From: Methanobacteriota archaeon
GTDB taxonomy: Archaea > Halobacteriota > Bog-38 > Methanoflorentales > Methanoflorentaceae
Assembly: GCA_963719035.1 (NCBI GenBank)
Contig: CAVRAO010000006.1
Coordinates: forward strand, 1-64,000
Length of the DNA stretch: 64,000 bases
Direction: 5' to 3'
In this document: positions 1 through 10,314 of the stretch, in pieces
Layout of the letters: every line of letters begins with the position of its first letter
Numbering within the stretch: the first letter of the stretch is position 1
Notes under the pieces: model-generated
The model's database searches: none
What the model was told of the DNA's origin: nothing
The model's input: only the letters and a program-made list of their open reading frames with translations
Program-made: the position numbers and the translations under genes

Positions 1-351
1 GACTGGTTGAACATTGCTATCAGGTCATTCCCGTACATGAGCGGTGAAAAGGATGATGAGCGAGTGCTCACGTAGCATAAGCGGGCTTTTCTCAATGAGC
101 GTTCCCCAAACACTGGAACACTGGCAAGGTTCTCGTCGGAATTAACTCAAGAATTATAACATCCTACAAAATACAAAAGTGCACCCAAGGACGGTTAATT
201 CGCAGCGCTCAAGCTGAGTGAAACTTCGGCAGATGCCCTCACACGCTATCGCGTAAAATATAGAAAACGCTCGAGAGCAGTTCGACGATTCCACGTGGCT
301 AACGTATCGAGCGCTAAGTCACAGCAGCTGCGGAAACAATCGTCAACGTTT

Positions 352-609
352 TCAGTGTCTAAGTCCCTCAAGCCGCTTGTTGACCTTCTCTAGACGTGCG
401 TTTAGAGCGTCTGTCGGATCCTCAAGCATCTTGATCTCCTCGCTCACGTCCATCAGCGACATCGCGAAGTCCATTCCCGGGTGCATCCCTGCGCCCATTC
501 CGTGCTCGTGGTGCCCGTGATGGCCATGATGGCCATGCTGTCCGCCACAGCCACAGCTGCAACCGCAGGAACATCCCTCGTTTGAGTGATAATTAGCTCC
601 TCCACACAT
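352..609 (-). CDS. Small His/Cys-rich protein with C-terminal coiled coil (DUF5320-like)
   Basis: GGAGGT RBS before ATG 609; CSCGCSCGCG and HGHHGHHGHHEH motifs; C-terminal EEIKMLE...LNARLEKVNKRLE coiled-coil pattern. Confidence 0.7.
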   Translation of the reverse strand: MCGGANYHSNEGCSCGCSCGCGGQHGHHGHHGHHEHGMGAGMHPGMDFAMSLMDVSEEIKMLEDPTDALNARLEKVNKRLEGLRH

Positions 610-635
610 ATTGTTCAACCTCCTTATATTACCCT

Positions 636-995
636 TTAAAACGTCGTTCGTAAAAGCCTATCAAGTCATCAAAGAGCTGTTGTCTTACGATCGTGCTCAG
701 CCCATTTTTGAGGACTTCAGCGCCCGTTCAGTCACCGTGTACACCCTTCGGTCTCGGCCCGGAGTCCCCCCGTTCCCACGCTGACGCAAGCGACCCTTCT
801 CCTCCATCCGCCGCAGCACGTATAGATACTGCCGGGCTCCAGCTTGTGACAGCCGCAGCTTTGTTCTTCGATCTTGTCAAGGAGCTGGTAGCCATACGTC
901 GGGGTCTCGTAAAGAATCCGGAGCGTAAGGAACTGTGCTCTCCAGCTGCGTTCCGGATACGTTTCCAAACAGCCGCAGCGGTTTTGATTGCACAC
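636..995 (-). CDS. PadR-family transcriptional regulator (several apparent frameshifts)
   Basis: PTYGYQLLDKI and LEPGSIYT in one frame; LRRMEEKG and RRVYTVTE continue in other frames; stop at 636. Confidence 0.75.
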
Positions 996-1284
996 GGGAC
1001 TTTCCTCTATTTCCTCTATATAACAGTGATATATATAGCAACAATATATAGCTTTGTCTGATTGTCGGACTCCCGCGTTGTTTAGACCGTTAGACCCGCA
1101 ACAAATAACTCACAAAACTTATTATTTTAATAAATTTATAAAAATAGTTAAATAATAAATGCTGCGCTGTAGACCGGCTGGCACGTAAACGAAGCGAAAA
1201 AGCCGCGTTTAGGGCCCTATGCTTAACTGATTCTCACGGAAACTGCACGGTCACGCGTCCCATCCGGGAACGCATCCGGTTACT

Positions 1285-1342
1285 TTTTGGTGCGCTTTTG
1301 GTGCGCTTTTGGTGCGCTTTTGGTGCGCTTTTGGTGCGCTTT
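1285..1342. repeat. Tandem repeat of 11-bp unit TTTTGGTGCGC, 5 perfect copies plus TTT
   Basis: Read directly from the sequence. Confidence 0.95.
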
Positions 1343-1423
1343 CATTCGACACGTATCATGCTGATGTGCCAATTCCCTTTTAGAAGTCCGAAGGCAACAG
1401 ATGACAACGGCAACGCCGTGACG

Positions 1424-1987
1424 CTAGTCTTTAACGAACACACCGCTATAGCGAGGACCCATATGGAACGACTGCTCCATCTGAAACGCGCGTTCGTGCA
1501 GTCCGGCGTTCGCCATGAGCTGTCTGATCTCGTCCACCGGGGTGCCGTGTTCCTCGCGTATCGGATCCCGGATGAAAAGCCTGCCGCCCTTTTTCAGTTT
1601 TCGTGACAATATGTTCACATACTTCTGACGTGCGTCGACGTGGTGGAGCACGAAGTGCACGACAACGACGTCATAGGCGTCATCGGGGATATCCAGTGAG
1701 GCGATGTCCCCGAGTTTAAAGTCAACGTTTGGGGACCCCTTCAGACGCTTTGTTACCACGTCCATCCACACCGCCGAGATGTCGACACACGTCAGGTGGC
1801 CCTCTCTCCGGTGCGAGAGCTCAGCTATATGTCGTGTGATCCTGCCTGAACCTGATCCGTAGTCAAGCACCCACTCATTCCCAGTCAGGCCAAAGCCTTT
1901 AACGTAGCGCTTGTAAGAGCGGGAGTTCACATAGCCACCCACGACGGTGAAGAAGACCGTAAGGGAGCTCGGTTCTGTAAAACACAT
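1424..1987 (-). CDS. Class I SAM-dependent methyltransferase
   Basis: VLDYGSGSG motif I, CVDIS, YDVVVVHFVLHH, LKKGGRLFI; start placed at ATG 1987 (approximate). Confidence 0.9.
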   Translation of the reverse strand: MCFTEPSSLTVFFTVVGGYVNSRSYKRYVKGFGLTGNEWVLDYGSGSGRITRHIAELSHRREGHLTCVDISAVWMDVVTKRLKGSPNVDFKLGDIASLDIPDDAYDVVVVHFVLHHVDARQKYVNILSRKLKKGGRLFIRDPIREEHGTPVDEIRQLMANAGLHERAFQMEQSFHMGPRYSGVFVKD

Positions 1988-2232
1988 GTAAAACACCAAC
2001 TTTTTTTTGCCACGAGTGACGTTCAAACCCCACTGCGGGGTAAGTCTGCGTTTGCCTAACCTGTGGATTGGCAAATTTAGAGAGAGCGTTATTTAACGCT
2101 TCTTGGCGTTCTCGTTCAGCGGTTCATCTCCTCCTCTAGCTCTAAGCGTGAAAGGGCGTTCGACGTCTTGGCCTTCGGTGAGGTTCTCACCCATCTCAGC
2201 GTTTAAAAAAAAGGAAAAGCATGAAACCTCGC

Positions 2233-2907
2233 TCATGCTTTTACGACAACTGTGTGCGCTACGCGATCACCTAGCCGTTGCTTCGTATCAGATGTCCAAA
2301 TAAGGATGGCGCCGAGCAGATACGGGATGAAGTAGGGGATACAACATCGATGAGCGACAATATGGTCCGCACTACTGCGTCAACATAGCTGATCTTTGAA
2401 CCGTCCTCTCGAACCACCTTGATTTTCACCAGCCATCTTGCCCACGGTCTGGCCGTACGCCCCCTGCAGCAACACAAAGTACAGGAAGTCGACAAGCGCA
2501 GAGATAAGCCCTCCAACCCAAGCAAGCGGATTCGGCGAGACAGAGACCATTGGGACTCCGGTAGCGTTCGTTACGCTAATTGAACTGGGAGTATTGAATG
2601 GGGCAGTGATAATACCTGTAATGATGGCTAAGATGATGACATCGATAAGGATAGCGACAAAGCGAATCGCGACCCCTCGATACAGTAAAGCTGTTGCCTC
2701 GGGTGCTTGAAACGTCGCAGCGGGTGCGGAAGCAGCTGTAGTCGCAGCGGCAGTCGCAGCGGGCATGGTTGCTGGTTCAGGTGGTGGGGCGGCTTGTGGA
2801 GCTGTCCTGAGTGACGGTACCAGCTATTAGAGTTGCGCCACAGCTTTCGCAGGACTTAGCGTCGGGTGCCGAGGCGTGCCGCATTGTTGACATTTATTTT
2901 CATCCAT
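2233..2907 (-). CDS. Zinc-ribbon + Pro/Ala linker + RDD-family membrane protein, copy 1 (frameshifted)
   Basis: CQQCG...CESCG N-terminus; RFVAILID, GQTVGKM and QRLGDRVAHTVVVKA* spread over several frames; GGAGGTGA RBS. Confidence 0.8.
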
Positions 2908-3156
2908 TGATTTCACCTCCTTCTTTTTTTTAATATTGGGAAGATATACACGGTTAGTAGTTAGTTCTTTGCCGTTCTCCGTGGCGGTTTTTCAATAAAG
3001 CTCAAGATCGGGTTACCTTGCGCCGGTGTGGCTTTAAGTCGAAAAACGCATGATTGACGCAGATAAGGCGGCTGGGATATCGAGCTTTGAACTAATCCCC
3101 TGCAGTTCGCAGTGCTTAAAAAAAAGAAATGTGCGAGGCAACGCCTGCAACACCTG

Positions 3157-3798
3157 CTACGCCCGGCCCGCACGACAACGGTGCTTGCAGCACGATCGCC
3201 AACCCGCTGCTTCGTATCTGACGTCCATATAAGGATGGCGCCGAGCAGGTACGGAATAAAGAACGGAATGAGGTCGATGACCCGCAGGATGTTCCGCACG
3301 GCCGCGTCCGCGTATTCGATATTTGTCCCGTTATCCCGCACCACTTTGATTTTGACGGCCATCTTGCCAACCGTCTGGCCGTACGCCCCTTCGAGGAGAT
3401 ATAAGGTACAGCAAGAAGATGAGCAGCGAGATCCCTCCAGAAAGCCATGCGAGCGGATTTGGCGTCGACGCAAAACTTGGGGTTCCCTCCATAACCGTCA
3501 CCGTGACGATGGGCGTTTGCAGCGGGAACGTCAGGATGCCCGAGATAATGGCGATAATGATGGTATCAATAAGATCGCGACAAAGCGAATCGCGACGCCC
3601 TGATATGGCGAAGCCGCTCGCGTTCGGGGCTTGAAACGTCGGAGCGGGCGCGGACGGGGGCGCTGGTGGCTGCGGTTGTGGGGCGTCTTGCGGAGGCTTG
3701 TGGTGCGCCTTCAGCGTCAGCTTTGCGCCACAGCTTTCGCAGTACTTGGCACCGGGTAACGCGGGCGTGCCGCATTGTTGACATTTGCCTTCGTCCAC
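3157..3798 (-). CDS. Zinc-ribbon + RDD-family membrane protein, copy 2 (frameshifted)
   Basis: CQQCG...YCESCG; GQTVGKMAVKIKVV, RNILRVID, QRVGDRAASTVVV; paralog of the adjacent gene; 3' end approximate. Confidence 0.8.
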
Positions 3799-3937
3799 GG
3801 TTTTCACCTCCTTTTCGTTTTGTCTAAGGGAGATACGAGGGACTAATAGTTATTACTTTGCCGTTCTTATAGCGATTTTTTAAAAAAGCGGCTCCACAGC
3901 GGCGCAATCGGCAGGCACATCCGCGTGACACTTCACC

Positions 3938-4420
3938 TCAGCGGCCGGCGCGCAACGCCTCCGACCCATTCAGCTTTGTTTCTAGTGATTGCGCAAATTC
4001 CTCGGCATCACGCAGGTCCTGTTCGTTTGGCCTTCCTTTAGCAACCCCGCCAACCAGTTTAGTCAGCCCGTACGTGTCAAACCCGCGACACGAGAACTCA
4101 CCGACGATGGTCCATCCCTTAGCCTCCAGTTGGCGTCTCAAGGCACGATGGTAGCCCCTTAGTTTCTTGTCACCCCTTGTTGAGAAAATAAACGCGTTTT
4201 TATGAAGATCGGGAAGCCTATCGACCAAATTGTTTAGCCCCTTATAATGCTTTCCGAATGCAATCCCTGAGCCGAACCCGATGAGGTCATACTGCTCGAG
4301 CTCCTCTGCTTTTACGTCACGAGGGCTGACAACGTCTGCTTTCAGAACTGCCGCCATCGCGTCAGCAATTTTTTTCGTGTTTCCGTGGTGATAGGACTGG
4401 CAAATAATCAGCGTTTTCAT
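3938..4420 (-). CDS. Flavodoxin family protein
   Basis: SYHHGNTKKIADAMA, YDLIGFGSG, FIFST, EFSCRG, GRPNEQDLRDAEEFA. Confidence 0.9.
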   Translation of the reverse strand: MKTLIICQSYHHGNTKKIADAMAAVLKADVVSPRDVKAEELEQYDLIGFGSGIAFGKHYKGLNNLVDRLPDLHKNAFIFSTRGDKKLRGYHRALRRQLEAKGWTIVGEFSCRGFDTYGLTKLVGGVAKGRPNEQDLRDAEEFAQSLETKLNGSEALRAGR

Positions 4421-4686
4421 GATTTGTCTTCCCCTCTTTTTAGTCTCCTCGTTAAGAGACTCCTTTTGCTTGAAGAACGAAACAATTATATAACAACGAA
4501 GGATAAAAACCGTTCTGCGCGCTTTGCGTGCACGGGCAGCGGGGTAGTGCCACGTCACCACCGTAGACATTTATTCTCGTTGCCCTCCCTATTCAATAAC
4601 CTTCTTTTACGTTTCATCACGATAGAGCGCGTCTGGCAGCCGCTCCGCTTGGAATATCCTGCAAAGGAGGGCAGATCGCTGTCGCT

Positions 4687-6633
4687 TTACAAACCTGCAA
4701 ACGTAAGCACCCGGAACGCTATCCCGCCAACGACAAGCGCCAACACGATGGTGAAGATCGAGATACCGACCGCCCACCGCAGGTTGAGCTCCCGTGAGAT
4801 GACACCAAACGTCGCAAGGCACGGAACGTAGAGCGTGACGACAAGGCAAAACACGAATATTTGAACGGGGGTCATCACCGTGCTAAACACGAACGTCCCT
4901 GACGCGATGGCGAGCATTTCCATGGCCATCTCCTTTCTCAGCACCCCGTAGATGAGACAAATGCCCGTAAAGGCGGGAAGGCCCAGAATACCGACGGTGA
5001 TGGGCGCCATTGGCGCTTCGATGAACCGACTCAGGCCGGTCAGCTCCAACCATCCGAACACGATGCTTCCCACTACCAGCAGTGGAACAGCGATGTAAAT
5101 GAACTCCTTCATCCGTAGCCACGTCTTTTTGAGAACGGGGACGAGCTCTGGCCTGCGCACGAGCGGAATTTCGAGCACGAGCCCAGGCGTCCGTCCCGGG
5201 ACGGTCGATCGGAGGAGCCTTCCTGACGCGATGATGAGGACGAACGAGATGAGGTAGATCGCAAGCGCGTAAGGAATTCCCGCATATGTCGCCGCAACAC
5301 CCAGGATTATTGCGGTGCGCGCCGAACACGGAACGAGCGTAATAAGAACGGTCGTAATGATACGCTCCTTTTTCGTCGGAAGCGCACGCGTCGCCATAAT
5401 CGCAGGCACGCTACACCCGTAGCCAAAAAGCAGCGGGATGAGCGATTGGCCATGCACGCCGATGAGGTGCGCTTGTCGGTCAAGAAGCATGGCGATACGC
5501 GGGAGGTAGCCAACGTCTTCAAGAACGGCGAGGAAAATGAAGAAGACAAGGATATACGGAATGGCGATGGCGAGTGCCGCCGCTAAAGCGAGCAAGGTAG
5601 AATGCACGGCGGACGTGATGAACGGATTGGCGACCTGCGCGTCAACGACCCCGTAGAGCGGTGGGAAGACGACCTCGCCAAAGAACGTGGTGATCAGATG
5701 ACTCAGATAGCCGCCGACGTAGAAGATAAGTGCGAGCATGCCGCCGATAAGGCCGACGAGCATGGGATATCCCGTCCGCGGACGCGTCGCAGCCTCGCCA
5801 AACTTCTCTGCAAACGTTGGCTTGTGCACCTTCTTGACCAGCACCGCCGTCGCAATGAGGGCAGCCGTTGAGTGACGTCCTCGGGCGATGGTAACGGCGA
5901 CGTCTTCACCGTGCGCCCGCTCCACCCCCTCCCTTAGCTCTTTGACACGTGCGAGTGTGTGTGCGTCTACGCGCAATTCAAAATCCGTGTCGCCTTCGAG
6001 CAGGCGTGCTGCAAAGCCCCGTTTTGGGAAGGTCGTCTCGGGGAGCAGCGGGATAATCGCTGCCAAAGCGCGTTCGACGTGGTCGTCATAGCTCACCTGT
6101 CGATGCGCCCGTTCCCGTTCGGCATAATTATAAGCGGTTTCGAGCGCCACGTGTACGCCTTCCCCCTGAGTAGCGATCGTCGGCACCACGTGTGTGCCAA
6201 GCTGTCTTTCAAGTTCAGCGACGTTGATGTCAAGGTCGAGCGTCCTTAACAGGTCGACCTGGTTGAGGGCGATTATGACGGGAAGGCCGAGCTCGAGGAG
6301 CTGCAGCGTCAGATAGAGGTTTCGTTCGAGCCGTGTGGCGTCGACGATATCAATGATCGCATCAAGTGGCGTGCTGAGGAGGAACTCCTTGGTCGCCGCT
6401 TCGTCTTCGGTGACGGACGTGACGGAATATACACCGGGAAGATCGTAAACGATGATGTCGTGACCGTGAAGGCGCGAAAGCCCCTGCTGCACCATCACGG
6501 TTGTCTGCGGGATATTGGAAATGATGACGTTAACGCCCGTCATCTGGCTAAACATCGCACTTTTACCCGCTGAGGGGTTCCCGATGAGCGCGATCCTCTT
6601 AGGTGCGTTCTTTTTTAAAGCCGTGTCAAGCAT
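4687..6633 (-). CDS. feoB: Ferrous iron transporter B
   Basis: GNPSAGKS, DLPG and NQVD GTPase motifs; EDVGYLPR, GYGCSVPA, PCSAR and LYVPCLAT membrane motifs. Confidence 0.97.
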   Translation of the reverse strand: MLDTALKKNAPKRIALIGNPSAGKSAMFSQMTGVNVIISNIPQTTVMVQQGLSRLHGHDIIVYDLPGVYSVTSVTEDEAATKEFLLSTPLDAIIDIVDATRLERNLYLTLQLLELGLPVIIALNQVDLLRTLDLDINVAELERQLGTHVVPTIATQGEGVHVALETAYNYAERERAHRQVSYDDHVERALAAIIPLLPETTFPKRGFAARLLEGDTDFELRVDAHTLARVKELREGVERAHGEDVAVTIARGRHSTAALIATAVLVKKVHKPTFAEKFGEAATRPRTGYPMLVGLIGGMLALIFYVGGYLSHLITTFFGEVVFPPLYGVVDAQVANPFITSAVHSTLLALAAALAIAIPYILVFFIFLAVLEDVGYLPRIAMLLDRQAHLIGVHGQSLIPLLFGYGCSVPAIMATRALPTKKERIITTVLITLVPCSARTAIILGVAATYAGIPYALAIYLISFVLIIASGRLLRSTVPGRTPGLVLEIPLVRRPELVPVLKKTWLRMKEFIYIAVPLLVVGSIVFGWLELTGLSRFIEAPMAPITVGILGLPAFTGICLIYGVLRKEMAMEMLAIASGTFVFSTVMTPVQIFVFCLVVTLYVPCLATFGVISRELNLRWAVGISIFTIVLALVVGGIAFRVLTFAGL

Positions 6634-6701
6634 AGACGTGGTACGTTGTCAGCTCCGCTCCTTTAGTTCGACACGTTGCGTCTCCCTCGCAGAGATGCGG
6701 G

Positions 6702-7424
6702 CTAGCCCGGGGTCGCCCCAGAGGGGGCGCCTCTCCGTCTCCGTCTTCTTCCCTCCCCCACCTCTTCCGGGCTTACGAGGAGGGATTCCGCAACGTCCCT
6801 GCCAAGGGCGATTTGCGTATCCTTCATCTCGATGACAAGCGGGCCCTTCGAGATCGTCTGTAAGACGCGCACGGTAAGCCCTGGGATAAGGCCGAGCGAG
6901 CACAGCCGACTGATCGTCTCCGGGTCAGGGGACGTTAAAAACCGTATCGTATACAGCCCTTCCTTAACCTCAGACAGCTTCGAAACCGGGGTCTGGTCCT
7001 CTGTATCGCTTGCGGGTATCGCGCTTCCGCCAGGACACGTTGACGGGTGTCCTAGTTGAGCGGAAAGGTTGTCAATGGCCGCATCCGAGATGACGTGTTC
7101 GATTTCGCACGCCTGCGTATGCGACTCGTGTTGGCCGATCCCGCAGATGTCCACCAAAAAGCGCTCGAGCAGCCGGTGCTTTCGCTTCACCTTTGTCGCG
7201 ATCTCATATCCGGCCTCGGTAAGCGTCGCACCGCGGTAGGGCGTATAGTTGATGAGCCCCTTTTCGCTCAGTTTCTTGAGCATCTCGGTGACGCTCGCGT
7301 TCCGCACGCCAAGACAGGCAGCTAACTCTCCTGTGGTAGCGGCTTGTGGCTTCCCTTCCTGCTTTGTGTAAATGGCTTCGAGATACTCCTCTTCTGAAGA
7401 GCTCAGCTCATATTCCTGCGACAT
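6702..7424 (-). CDS. DtxR/MntR-family metal-dependent repressor with C-terminal FeoA (SH3-like) domain
   Basis: EEYLEAIY, SVTEMLKKL, RKHRLLERFL, ACEIEH, HPSTCPGG; RLCSLGLIPG...IALGRDVA FeoA region. Confidence 0.93.
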   Translation of the reverse strand: MSQEYELSSSEEEYLEAIYTKQEGKPQAATTGELAACLGVRNASVTEMLKKLSEKGLINYTPYRGATLTEAGYEIATKVKRKHRLLERFLVDICGIGQHESHTQACEIEHVISDAAIDNLSAQLGHPSTCPGGSAIPASDTEDQTPVSKLSEVKEGLYTIRFLTSPDPETISRLCSLGLIPGLTVRVLQTISKGPLVIEMKDTQIALGRDVAESLLVSPEEVGEGRRRRRRGAPSGATPG

Positions 7425-7441
7425 AGATCTCTATGTAATAT

Positions 7442-7479
7442 TTAGGCCAACCTAATATATATTTTTTAGGCTAACCAAA
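7442..7479. promoter_or_regulatory. Two DtxR-type operator boxes flanking a TATA element
   Basis: TTAGGCCAACCTAA (7442-7455) and TTAGGCTAACCAAA (7466-7479) around TATATA, just upstream of the DtxR-feoB unit; resembles the TTAGGCTAACCTAA part of the DtxR/IdeR consensus. Confidence 0.8.
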
Positions 7480-7596
7480 ACTGGCGTTCGCCGCTCCGGG
7501 GCGTCCGTTGTCCATTCCCAGCGCCGCACGATTCGTCAACTATATTACGGAAACACACCATTCGTAAAAGGCCGTTATGTTACAGGAGACGCACCC

Positions 7597-8154
7597 GTGT
7601 TAAGCAAACTCAAGAGCATCGCTGATCGCCTCCTCTCAAGACCTGCCAACTTCCTTGTCAACCACGGCTTCACCCCCAACGTGCTGACCCTCATTGGCCT
7701 TGCGATCGGCGTCATTGCAGGCATCGTCCTTGCCTTTGGATTCTTCGTTGCAGGCGGCGTACTAATCCTCTTGACAGGCTTCGTTGACATGCTCGACGGG
7801 GCGGCGGCACGCAATGGACACGTCACAACGACCTTTGGTGCGACCTTAGACTCGATATCAGATCGTTACGTCGACTGCATTGTCTTGCTTGGCCTCGGCG
7901 TGGCGGGCGTCAACTGGCTCTACGTCGGAGCGGCCTTGATGGGCTCCTTACTCGTTAGTTACGTCCGCGCCAAGGCTGAGGGCATGGGTATTTCGTGTAC
8001 TGTTGGGATCGCTGAGCGAAGTGAGCGCCTCATCATCCTCGCCATAGGACTTATCGTCGGTCTCGTTGAGCCTGCAGTATTGCTCGTCGCCATCCTCGCG
8101 CAGTTCACCGCACTTTGGAGAGTCGGCCTACTGCTTCGACGGACAGCCCGTTAA
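7597..8154 (+). CDS. CDP-alcohol phosphatidyltransferase (archaetidylinositol-phosphate synthase-like)
   Basis: TPNVLT; DMLDGAAAR...FGATLDSISDRYVD signature; SYVRAKAE; ERSER. Confidence 0.92.
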   Translation: MLSKLKSIADRLLSRPANFLVNHGFTPNVLTLIGLAIGVIAGIVLAFGFFVAGGVLILLTGFVDMLDGAAARNGHVTTTFGATLDSISDRYVDCIVLLGLGVAGVNWLYVGAALMGSLLVSYVRAKAEGMGISCTVGIAERSERLIILAIGLIVGLVEPAVLLVAILAQFTALWRVGLLLRRTAR

Positions 8155-8297
8155 AACGAGATTTCACCGTCGCAGCTTAGCAGTCTCCATCTTATTCGAT
8201 AGCTGCGAGTGAAAAACGTAGTCAATCCGCTGACCGCTTTTTCTACGGGTGAGTGCAATAATCTAAAAACAGTGCGATAATACCACCAGACGGGTCT

Positions 8298-9361
8298 TTA
8301 CGTGTTTGCGCTTTCGAGGTGCGCTTTAATCGCGCGAAACGCATCGACGGCCGCATTTCGCTGTTCCTCAGTGAGCGCTCTGCCAGAATAGTTGGCACGC
8401 TCATAAATGGTGGTCAGTTTGAGCAAGGGCTCCTGTATTTCCGGCACAGCAGCTTCAATGGTATGATACTTCTCCCAGTGCGTTGCGTGCGACGCTATCG
8501 TGACCTCGTGAGTTGTTGCGACGTCCATTATTGCCGCATCGTAGAGCATATTGACCGCCTGTTTGTCACTACCCCGCTCAAAAAACTCGTGCGCCTGTTT
8601 CAGCACACCGGTTTCAGCAACGCTTTCTGGCGCCTCCAGTTCGGGCGGTTGTACCGCCACATCTTGCGGTGTCTCATCGACTGGGAGCGCAGCGCTTTCA
8701 GCGGGCAAGGCAGGTTCAATTGCTTCTTGTGGTTCTTCATCGGTGAACTCGGCCTGCTTATGCTCGAATTGGCCCCTTTTCAGGTTTTGCCCGCCGCTTA
8801 CCAAGATCCCCGAATACCTTCATTTCCGCGCATTCGCCGTGCATACAAATAAAGCCCAACAAGGATCGCCACAGTGATGATGGCAATAATGAGATAAAAT
8901 GGCACCAGATCGACGGTAATCGTGGTCACGGCGCTCGGCGTGCTTATAAACGAGGCATTCTGAGGCTCAACGACCGTGTAGATCGTCGCACCGGCCGACA
9001 ATGCCGCTGGGAAGTAATACACCCCGACAGGAACGTCAAAGGAGTAGTCGCCGTTCGCGTTCGTTTTTGCGTCGGCCAGTTTGACATCACCCATGTGGAG
9101 TACAACAGTCGCGTCTGCCAACGGTTTTTTCCCGTCAGTAACCTTGCCAGTGGCCTGGAGCGTGCTGCCGAGCGAGATGCTGACTGGGCTGACCGTTACG
9201 TTATTCGTCACCGTTGCGTTCGCCGGTGATGCCTGGGCGGCAACACTCAGCACGCCGCCGTGTGGCGAACTATCACCCATAAATGCACAACCAGCCGCGA
9301 TCATCAACGTCAAGCAGAGCGCAGCACACACAAGTCGGGATTTACGAACGGAACGAGTCAC
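8298..9361 (-). CDS. Membrane-anchored protein: exported beta-rich domain, TM helix, acidic linker and DUF4129-like C-terminus (frameshift near 8800)
   Basis: Signal-like N-terminus, TNANGDYSF motif and TM helix in ORF 8798-9541; THWE...LTTIYERANYS in ORF 8298-8804; start approximate. Confidence 0.6.
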
Positions 9362-9537
9362 GAGACACACCCATTTGCTAATGCAACTAACCCATAGGGC
9401 CGGTTGCCACAGACAACAACACGGCAGTGTTATAAAAAGATACGGTTTTGCTTCAGCCAACGAGCACTTATACGAGATTGCGACCCGATTCAGATACGCA
9501 TCGTTGTTGGCCTCTCCGCTCGATTCGCTCGATTCGC

Positions 9538-10314
9538 TCAATCATTGAATCGCTTATACAGGTAGTTCGCCACTAGCTGGAAGATCAGGATGAAGATGAT
9601 GAGCATCGCGAGGTCAATAAACGGGTTGAGGACCGTTTTACCGGAGTATCCGCCCTGGATAAGGTCGTTTGCGTACGTGAGCGGTGAAACATAGGCGAGC
9701 ATCTGCCCAAAGGAGGGGAGTGCGGCGAGAGGAATGAAGACGCCGGATATGAAGATCAGTGGAAACCTCACGAGGTTCACCATGGAGATGATATCTCCGG
9801 GACTCTCGGTCGGATATGCAGCAAAGAGAGAGGCCATCGTCGCAAAGCAGAATGAACTCAGAAGGACCCCGAGCACAATGGGGACGATACTCACGATGGG
9901 CGTCCTCAAGATAAGCAGCGCCGCGACAAATACCACAGACGCGATACAAACGCTATAGAGAAGACCGCTCAGGCTCTCGCCCAACACGAGCGCGTTCAGG
10001 GAGATAGGTGCAGAAAGCAGCCGGTCAAACGTCCCTGTCCTCCGCTCGATCGGGATCGATACCGGCTCGATCGATGACGCCGAGAAGAGGGTCGTGATGC
10101 TAATCAGTCCCGGGATCAGAGCAGCGGGTGTCGAAAGTTTCCCTGCCGTAAACGCAAGGAACATGAAAAGAGGAAAGAGCACTCCGCCGACGATGGTCCC
10201 GGGCCTGAGGTAGTAGATGGCGACATCTTTTTTCGCAATCGCCCACGAGGCAACGAGCTCGCGGGAAAGGCGGTCCTGGAGCCCCATAAGGTTAATCGAT
10301 GGCAGTAACTCCAC
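9538..10314 (-). CDS. ABC-2 type transporter permease
   Basis: IERRTGTFDRLLSAP, PLIFISGVFIP, SPLTYAND; multiple TM helices. Confidence 0.93.
   Translation of the reverse strand: MELLPSINLMGLQDRLSRELVASWAIAKKDVAIYYLRPGTIVGGVLFPLFMFLAFTAGKLSTPAALIPGLISITTLFSASSIEPVSIPIERRTGTFDRLLSAPISLNALVLGESLSGLLYSVCIASVVFVAALLILRTPIVSIVPIVLGVLLSSFCFATMASLFAAYPTESPGDIISMVNLVRFPLIFISGVFIPLAALPSFGQMLAYVSPLTYANDLIQGGYSGKTVLNPFIDLAMLIIFILIFQLVANYLYKRFND

Noticed and set aside
101-125. GTTCCAGTG on the minus strand resembling an archaeal ORB origin box
   Set aside because: Single partial match lacking the GAAA core, with no orc1/cdc6 in the window
1285-1342. Repeat array as a CRISPR
   Set aside because: The units are 11 bp, directly adjacent with no spacers, and no cas genes are present
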